Below, in pieces: positions 1 through 6,868 of a stretch of DNA of 7,064 nucleotides. Under the pieces are notes generated by a model. The model had not been told where the DNA came from, searched no databases, and was given only the letters and a program-made list of their open reading frames with translations. The number at the start of each line of letters is the position of its first letter. The stretch's first letter is position 1. Made by a program: the position numbers and the translations under genes. The DNA comes from Octopus sinensis. Lineage: Eukaryota. The stretch is taken from contig NW_021829053.1 in the NCBI RefSeq assembly GCF_006345805.1, positions 1-7,064 of the forward strand, given 5' to 3'.

Positions 1-538
1 GCCTGACCCTTCACTTGCAATATCCATACGCGACGAAACCTCCCAAAACTACAATCCCTTAAATAAATATTAATCTGACCATAATTAGAACCCGAATAGA
101 TGACATTCACGCAGTATTAACGCAGGATATAACATATAAATATATATATATAACAAAGCCACCATAAAACAAGAAGACGTCAAGTTCAGCCTTGCGCAAA
201 TAAAGGACATCTTACAGATTCACAGGTAAAAAGCATATCAAATATATATCACCATCGTCAGCTGCCTAGTCGATGTCATTGTGGTTTCGACACCTGCACA
301 GTATGTTTAAACCAATGATGTGAACAATATTAAAAACATAAACGCTCCTCGAAAAAAACAGACAAGAAGCAAGAGTGAAACATTGGCGTAATACGTCCAT
401 TTTGTCTACACTTGTTTATTACTACAGGTATAACATTAAATCTCTAGGAAATCATAACGTATCAATAACTACGAAGCATAAAATTTTTAAATGCTAATTG
501 TAAAATAAAGAATTATCTCCAGACATAGTGATTTTCGA

Positions 539-618
539 TTTAGGCACAAAATCAGCAATTTTAGAAAAAGGAATTGAGCCAAGTACTTCGACCTCCAGTA
601 CTTGACTGGTACTCTATT
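539..618 (-). mobile_element. Degraded fragment of an octopus SINE-like repeat
   Basis: TTTAGGCACAAAATCAGCAATTTT...TCGACCTCCAGTACTTGACTGGTACT resembles, from memory, a common octopus repeat (GGCACAAGGCCAGCAATTT...TCGACCCCAGT...ACTGGTACT). There is no second copy in the window to confirm it, and the strand is inferred from the recalled consensus. Confidence 0.45.
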
Positions 619-1320
619 CAAAGGTATAAAAAATATACACGCATTTCGGGCATTTTTGCCGCACCCCAATTTCAGCGACACGTATTCAGGGGGATAAAGT
701 TTATAGTATAGCTCTACTATAAACTGTTTAATCGTACCTGAGGAAGACCATCACTAACAATTAAGACCGTTGTGCAGCCAGAGAAGTTTATACTTAACAC
801 GTGATTCTTGATAAAACATATACACTCGCAGATAAATGCGAGCCAAGAATCCGCCATTCGCTTTCAGCATCTCGCTTAAATTCTGCATAAATTATGCATT
901 TCTGTTATTGCTTTTTGTTTGTTTGATTTTTGTCTTCTAAAATATCCACTCTTTGATTTACTGGTTCCCTCCATTGTGGCAAGGACAAGCATTGCTCCTT
1001 CAACTGAACTTTCGTAATTCACATGCCTTCAACAAGAACTTCACACAAAACCTTAAATTCTTGTTTTGTTACTGCTGGGGTTGATTTCCACAAACATTTT
1101 TGCCATGTAGCATCTACTTAGGGGACCCTCTGATCATTAATCCGAACAAGGTACCCAGTCAAGCATAAATGATGCCCGTGCAGCGTCGTCTCAATGCTCG
1201 GGACATCAGCAAGGTTTTAGAAGGCAAGGTATTCCTTTAGGGCCCCTGATTTTCGCGTTTGGTCCTACCATGGCATTACAAGGGGAACGAATTGCTCTGC
1301 TTACGTCGCTGCTACATAAA

Positions 1321-1400
1321 CACACACACAACACACGAAAATATACATATATTCATACAAATATATATATGCGTATACACACACATACTTATTATACACA
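1321..1400. repeat. Mixed CA/TA low-complexity tract
   Basis: Short interrupted (CA)n and (TA)n runs. Confidence 0.7.
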
Positions 1401-1461
1401 CTGTATAAGAATATATTAAAGAAAATGTTTATATATAGAAAAGTATAGAATATATATAATG

Positions 1462-1852
1462 CTAGCAGTATCGCCCGGCGTTGCTCGGGTTTGTAAGGGA
1501 AATAACTATATAAGCATTTTTAGAGAGTTATAGCCAAAAAATAGCAAAAATGCATTAAAAATGGAAAAAAAAATGATGGTAAAATTTTTTTAAATCGTTG
1601 ACTCATCGTAGACATTTTTAGAGAGTTACTTCCCTTATATAATAGCGAAAAAATGCATAAAATGGAAAAAAATGATGTAAATTATTTTAAAATCGTAGAC
1701 TCATCGTAGACGCGCGCTAATACCCAGAAGGGCTCGAATGAATCACGACTATAAGATACCGGTTTTGGTTAAACTGCACCGCAAAATGTGGGAGTAGTTA
1801 GGAATCTAAATCGTAGGAGACAGACACACAACTTGACTTTTATATATAAAGA
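1462..1852 (-). mobile_element. Non-autonomous Helitron (391 bp)
   Basis: The minus strand starts A|TCTTTATATATAAAAG (TC 5' end at 1852-1851) and ends CTAG at 1465-1462. A GC-rich imperfect hairpin CCCGAGCAACGCCGGG (1474-1489) lies 8 nt before the CTAG. There are no TIRs, TSD or coding capacity. This matches canonical Helitron termini; the 3' flank is C rather than the usual T. Confidence 0.8.
1515..1710. repeat. Imperfect tandem duplication, 2 x 98 bp, inside the Helitron
   Basis: 1515-1612 and 1613-1710 both begin CATTTTTAGAGAGTTA and end GACTCATCGTAGA, and share ATAGC..AAAAATGCAT..AAAATGGAAAAAAA..TGATG internally. Confidence 0.9.
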
Positions 1853-1853
1853 T

Positions 1854-1985
1854 GTATTTTATATTATATGTATATGTACATACATTATACATTGTATACA
1901 TATATATATATATATATAAACACACGCACACACACACATATATATACAAGTATACGTGCACATGAACACACATATATGTACACTT
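1854..1985. repeat. Mixed TA/CA low-complexity tract
   Basis: Interrupted (TA)n, (CA)n and TACA units. Confidence 0.75.
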
Positions 1986-2122
1986 TTACATTTATAAATT
2001 ATGCATTCTATATATAGTAATTACGTAATTGTATAAATGTAAATTATATTCTAACCATTGAAACAGCTGTAAAGCAGAAATAAATTATGAATCATTCATG
2101 AAATTTTTTTTGCGCTTTTAGT

Positions 2123-2124
<2 letters not shown>

Positions 2125-2176
<52 letters not shown>

Positions 2177-2196
2177 CGTGCGTGTGCGTGCGTGTG
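2125..2196. repeat. (TG)24 followed by TG/CG mixed repeat
   Basis: Pure TG 2125-2172, then CGTG/TG units; uninterrupted purine-pyrimidine alternation over 72 nt (Z-DNA-prone class). Confidence 0.97.
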
Positions 2197-2254
2197 AGTA
2201 TTTATTTGTGTGGGCTTACATACACACTTACACAAGCATTCAACACATACTAAC

Positions 2255-2292
2255 TATATATATAGATATATATATATATATAATATATATAT
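2255..2292. repeat. Interrupted (TA)n microsatellite
   Basis: Direct reading. Confidence 0.9.
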
Positions 2293-2611
2293 TCTTTTTG
2301 AAGAAAGTGACACAATATTGTTACAAGTCTAACTTCCTTTAGGCGAAACTTGAAATCACACCTCTCACTTCCCACTCCCCATCCCCTCTTTTTTCTCTCA
2401 ATCTCCACCATACCCCCACCCCCATGTATATGTAATTCGTACATACATAGGCGAATACATTCGTATGTATGTAATACATTTATTTTAAACAGCATACATG
2501 TATTATCATATTATATAAATACGGAAACCAGTGTGTTTTTCAGAAACAGTTTACACGTTGCATTAACACCTCGGGACGATAATGAAGTAATCTAATTTAA
2601 CAAAGTACTAG

Positions 2612-2852
<241 letters not shown>

Positions 2853-2927
2853 TAAACGAATTTTACTTTCATTCGAAAAGAAATATTTTTATCGCCTACA
2901 CACAGATTTATTATTCCTATTGTTACG

Positions 2928-3146
2928 ATTATTATTATTATTATTATTACTATTATTATTATTATCATTATTATTATTACTATTATCATTATTATTATTA
3001 TATTGTTATTATTATTATTATGTGTATTATTATTATATTAATATTATCATTATTATTATTACTTACTACTCTACTACTATACTACTACGATTATGATTAT
3101 TATTATTTACTATGTTGTTGTTGTGGTGTTGTTGTGGATGATGATG
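2928..3146. repeat. Compound trinucleotide repeat (ATT)n-(ACT)n-(ATT/GAT)n-(GTT)n-(GAT)n
   Basis: ATT 2928-3060, ACT ~3061-3088, ATT/GAT ~3089-3107, GTT ~3113-3136, GAT ~3137-3146. Confidence 0.93.
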
Positions 3147-3260
3147 TTTCGTTGCTGTGTTGTTTCTTTTCTATTTCCGCGATTTTGAACAATATAAAAA
3201 AAAACTGATTCATTTCTTTTTCTCTTTTTTTCTTTTTTCCTTTCTTTCCTTTTTGTTTAG

Positions 3261-3314
3261 CCTCGGGCCACATCTCATACTCATCGCAATGTCTTATATA
3301 ACCTATACGTATAT
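3261..3314 (+). other. Candidate 54-nt internal exon (unconfirmed)
   Basis: CTGAT branch-like motif at 3205-3209, ~48-nt polypyrimidine tract, TAG acceptor ending 3260 and GTGAGT donor at 3315-3320; two of three frames are open. Confidence 0.3.
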
Positions 3315-3631
3315 GTGAGTGTTTGAAGACTCATTCTGTAACTATGGCGATGAGTAAGCTTTCGGGTTTTTATACATTGTTGCGCGTTTGTGTGTGTATG
3401 TGCGTGTGGGGGGGGGTGTTGAAGTGAGATGCCGGGTGAAACCTATAAAGTAAACCATAAAATTATATATGTATTTACAGATGTATAAAAGTATGTGTGT
3501 ATATATACATTACAATACATACATACGCATGTATTGTAATGTAATGTATATACTTATGTATAATGAATGAAAGTGATTTCATTGTGGATTTGCATACTTA
3601 AAATAGATGTTTATGACATACATACTTATGA

Positions 3632-3709
3632 TTCAGCACCACTGCGTGACACCTTGGGCAGGTGTCTGCTACTATAGCCTCGGACCATTGACTGAAAGAA
3701 GCCCGTCGT
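3632..3709 (+). mobile_element. 5'-truncated SINE, family B (CORE-like), internally deleted
   Basis: Shares CCACTGCGTG.CACCTTGGGCA, GCCTCGG and ACTGAAAGAAGCCCGTCGT with the copies at 4586-4727 and 5500-5648. Confidence 0.85.
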
Positions 3710-3710
3710 G

Positions 3711-3779
<69 letters not shown>

Positions 3780-3885
3780 GTCGTCTGTCTGTCTGTCTGT
3801 CTGTCTGTCTGTGTTGTCTGTGTCTGTCTGTCTTCGATCTATCTATCTATATATTATTATCTCATATATATATATATATATATAG

Positions 3886-3930
<45 letters not shown>
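3711..3930. repeat. Compound microsatellite (TATC)17-(TGTC)n-(TA)n-(GA)16
   Basis: TATC 3711-3778, TGTC ~3779-3832, TA ~3864-3898, GA 3899-3930. Confidence 0.97.
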
Positions 3931-3932
<2 letters not shown>

Positions 3933-4192
3933 TGGGTATTTTTCCCTTGTTAACAATATGACGTTATATCATAAAACGCTTTTTTTTTAAACAATATTAA
4001 TAGCGTTCAGTTAATCACTATACGTATCATCATTTCGTTAAAATATCTATTGACGAGTTTCAGTTCTTCACTTCTCTGAAGAGAAGATTACATTGTTTTA
4101 CACCATTTTATTCCCTGGAATAATATATCAATGATATCTCGAAACATGTGTCGGAAAGTAAATAATTTGAGTTACACCTGTGTTAATACTCC

Positions 4193-4194
<2 letters not shown>

Positions 4195-4240
<46 letters not shown>
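4195..4240. repeat. (TA)23 microsatellite
   Basis: Perfect TA run abutting the 3' end of the family A SINE. Confidence 0.98.
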
Positions 4241-4243
<3 letters not shown>

Positions 4244-4245
4244 TG

Positions 4246-4577
4246 AGAACCCCTTCGGTTCGCGACTGACAATGGGATTGCACCGAGAAAGTTACCCTAC
4301 AAGGCACAAGTCCGAGCAAGGTTGTTTGTGGAAGACCAGCAGTCGCCCATGCATACCGGCCTCTCCTCCCCACGCCACTAGTGTTATCTAGGGAAAGGCA
4401 AAGGGTCCGATATAGCTTGGGACTTGTGACGTCGCAATTCATTTCTACAGCTGAGTGAGCTGGAGCAACATGAAATAAAGTGTTTTGCTCAAGAAAACAA
4501 TATGCAGCCGGTCCGGGATTCGAACTCATAACCTCACGATCGTGAGTTCGACGTTCTAACCACTGAGCCATGTGCCT
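4246..4577 (-). mobile_element. Near full-length tRNA-derived SINE, family A
   Basis: The minus strand begins AGGCACATGGCTCAGTGGTTAGAACG (A box) with B box GAGTTCGAATCC, then a central domain TTCTTGAGCAAAACACTTTATTTCATGTTG shared with the copy at 6458. It is flanked by TA runs and resembles an abundant octopus SINE from memory. Confidence 0.9.
4516..4570 (-). promoter_or_regulatory. Internal Pol III type-2 promoter (A box 4570-4560, B box 4527-4516)
   Basis: TGGCTCAGTGG fits TRGCNNARYGG; GTTCGAATC fits GTTCRANNC; spacing is tRNA-like. Confidence 0.8.
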
Positions 4578-4585
4578 ATATATAT

Positions 4586-4727
4586 AGGCGCAGGAGTGGC
4601 TGTGTAGCTTGCTTACCAACCACGTGACTCCGTGCTCAGTCCCACTGCGTGGCACCTTGGGCAAGCCTCGGGCCGACAAAGCCTTGTGAGTGGATTCGGT
4701 AGAAGGAAACTGAAAGAAGCCCGTCGT
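4586..4727 (+). mobile_element. tRNA-derived SINE, family B (CORE-like)
   Basis: AGGCGCAGGAGTGGCTGTG head; ACCTTGGGCAAG (4654-4665) matches the MIR/CORE motif GACCTTGGGCAAGT; the 3' end GAAACTGAAAGAAGCCCGTCGT runs into a TA/TG tail. Two homologues are present in the window. Confidence 0.9.
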
Positions 4728-4888
4728 ATATATGTGCGTATGTGTGCGCGCGTATTGTTGCATATATACATGCGTGTGTGTGTGTTGTGTGCGTATATAT
4801 ATGTATGTATAATGTATATATTATATATATTATATAGATTATATATAATATATATATATATATATAGATATATATATATATATATATA

Positions 4889-4957
<69 letters not shown>

Positions 4958-5007
4958 TATATAGTATATATATATATTTCTATATATATATATATATACA
5001 TGTATAT
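4728..5007. repeat. TG-rich then long interrupted (TA)n tract
   Basis: SINE tail of mixed TA/TG to ~4793, then ~210 nt of interrupted TA. Confidence 0.95.
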
Positions 5008-5412
5008 AAGAGTGTATAAAGAATTATACAAGGAGAGAAACCACCATATGAACTTCATACATGCTAAAAAGGACAGTGAAATCCCAAACCACGAAAATAT
5101 ATTCTTATTAATGGTACATTGCTTGTAGGCGAGTAGGACACTTGATTGAATAAAAATATCAGGTAACTCTGTACCCATGCGTTTCACCATTATTGATCAA
5201 ACAAATCAATTAATTAGTCAACCAATTGATTAATTAACCTTTTGTGGCTTATCAATAGAGTCCCTGGAAAGTGTATAATTATGAGAGTATAATACGTACA
5301 GAATACACAAATTAAACACATGCTTTTTGTTCCATCTTTATACATCAAGAATTCAAATCGAATGTCCTCACCCAACGTGACCACAAACTTCTATCATGTG
5401 ACCAACTATAAG

Positions 5413-5424
5413 CGCGCATGCGCA
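5413..5424. promoter_or_regulatory. NRF1/Ewg-type motif match
   Basis: CGCGCATGCGCA is an exact match to YGCGCAYGCGCR; motif match only, function unknown. Confidence 0.3.
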
Positions 5425-5499
5425 GAAAGTAGTGTGACAATAATAAAGATATGTTATGACGGAAGTGCGGATAATTTTTTACTTCTCCATCGTATATAT

Positions 5500-5648
5500 A
5501 CGACAGGCTTCTTTCAGTTTCGACCTACCAGATCCACACACGAGGCTTTGGTTGGCCTGGGGCTATGACAGAAGACACATGCAGTGGAACTAAACCCGGA
5601 ACCATGTGATCAGGAAGCAAACGTCTTAACACAGCCACGCATGCGCCT
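5500..5648 (-). mobile_element. tRNA-derived SINE, family B, inverted copy
   Basis: The reverse complement starts AGGCGCATGCGTGGCTGTG and ends GAAACTGAAAGAAGCCTGTCGT; 5494-5549 matches 4678-4733 at 48/56 nt by manual alignment. Confidence 0.9.
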
Positions 5649-5664
5649 AGCTTCTTGCCACATA

Positions 5665-5828
5665 ACCACACGCATACATACGCACTTATATACATGCATA
5701 TGTATACCCATATCGAAAATCCAACTATAACTATTTACACATACATACACAAACACATAAACACACACATACATACACAAACACATACACATACGGTCTT
5801 GTATAAACGCACTCACACACACCCACAC
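5665..5828. repeat. Degenerate CA/CATA-rich tract
   Basis: Interrupted CA and CATA units. Confidence 0.75.
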
Positions 5829-6002
5829 GTATCCACAGCAATCTCTTATCTCCGTATATTTGTAACGTATCTAATTAATTAGCCACTGACGCATATATCC
5901 TGATTAATTAGCAACTGTAGCACAATTTTTACGTAATTTGCGATAAGTTCCACTGGCCTTCGTTTCGTTAGACATCGCACCCTATGCATCATTCGCATCA
6001 TT

Positions 6003-6105
6003 TGTGTGTTTGTGTGTGTGTGTGTGTGAGTGTGTGTGTGTGTTGTGTGTGTGTGAGTGTGTGTGTGTGTGTGAGTGTGTGTGTGTGTGAGTATGTGTGT
6101 GTGTG
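6003..6105. repeat. (TG)n with GA interruptions
   Basis: Direct reading. Confidence 0.95.
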
Positions 6106-6205
6106 AGGACGTATGTGTACGTGATCGTGTTGTGTGATTGGCTGTTCATTATAAATATGACATTGGGGTTAATTGTTGTATATATCCATAAATATAAACG
6201 CATTT

Positions 6206-6290
6206 ACACACACACACACAACCACATACACACACACATATATATATATATACATACACACACACACATATATATGTATGTATATATATG
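6206..6290. repeat. Mixed (CA)n/(TA)n tract
   Basis: Direct reading. Confidence 0.9.
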
Positions 6291-6368
6291 TATATTGATA
6301 CTTTATTTAAAAGCAGCAGAAAATTCAACAAAACCTGTTATTCTGAGTTTCACGTTCCCGTTCGTCAA

Positions 6369-6376
6369 CACACACA

Positions 6377-6455
<79 letters not shown>
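6369..6455. repeat. (CA)n, ~76 bp, followed by short (TA)n
   Basis: CA 6369-6444 with two substitutions, TA 6445-6455. Confidence 0.97.
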
Positions 6456-6457
6456 CT

Positions 6458-6786
6458 GAAGGCGCGCAGACTAGTGGATAGCGTGTTGCACACACGATTT
6501 CTAGATCGTGAGTTCGATTCCCAGGCCGGCCGGCGCGTTGCTTTCTTGAGCAAAAACACTTCATTTCACGTTGTCAGCCGTATCTCTGTTTTAGGGACCA
6601 CTCAGTTGAAAATGTATAACCCTGTGAAGGAATAGTCTTCCGATCCGGGGCTGGGCGGGGCGGGGGAAGTGTTGGTCTGCTTACCTTGCCAGCGGGGTGG
6701 CATCATTCATAAACTAAAGCAATGCGAAGCGCATTGTGACTAGTGATGTATAACAACATCCGATAGTTTGATCAATACCGTGATAC
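6458..6786 (+). mobile_element. tRNA-derived SINE, family D (head and central domain shared with family A, different 3' half)
   Basis: GAAGGCGCG head, degenerate A box CAGACTAGTGG, B box GAGTTCGATTCC (6510-6521), central domain 6543-6573. The 3' part GTTGGTCTGCTT...GCCAGCGGGGTGGCATCATTC...CAATGCGAAGCGCATTGTGAC resembles an octopus SINE 3' end from memory; the 3' boundary is approximate. Confidence 0.8.
6647..6666 (+). other. Putative G-quadruplex motif
   Basis: GGGG-CT-GGG-C-GGGG-C-GGGGG: four G-runs of at least 3 with loops of 2, 1 and 1 nt. Confidence 0.75.
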
Positions 6787-6794
6787 TAAACATA

Positions 6795-6868
6795 AACACA
6801 CATGTACACAATCGTACACACACACACACATGCACACAAGCACACTCACACTCACATACATATATATG
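6795..6868. repeat. Degenerate CA/TA tract
   Basis: Direct reading. Confidence 0.75.

Noticed and set aside
487-681. 64-aa minus-strand ORF
   Set aside because: Short, overlaps a probable SINE fragment, and has no recognisable domain or splice support.
940-1110. Interrupted minus-strand frame (WQKCLWKSTPAVTKQEFKVLCEVLVEGM*) as a transposase remnant
   Set aside because: No recognisable catalytic motif or terminal repeats, and the frame contains a stop.
2371-2423. C-rich tract as a minus-strand G-quadruplex
   Set aside because: Three C-runs are separated from the other two by a 26-nt gap, so it does not fit a compact G4 pattern.
2440-2473. Hairpin TACATACATA...TATGTATGTA as a pre-miRNA
   Set aside because: Too short and built from TACA repeat units that pair easily by chance.
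4500-4577. Possible tRNA gene on the minus strand (also 6458-6530 on plus)
   Set aside because: A/B boxes are present, but the acceptor and T stems do not pair and the sequence continues into a SINE central domain.
4194-4763. 189-aa minus-strand ORF with complex-looking sequence
   Set aside because: It runs through two different SINEs in opposite orientations and ends in (TA)n; a chance frame across non-coding elements.
4636-5190. 184-aa minus-strand ORF with a hydrophobic N-terminal part
   Set aside because: About two thirds is YI/HT repeat and SINE sequence; the unique ~60 codons match no family I recognise.
5982-6635. Several overlapping ORFs rich in HT, CV and YI
   Set aside because: All are translations of CA/TG/TA dinucleotide repeats.
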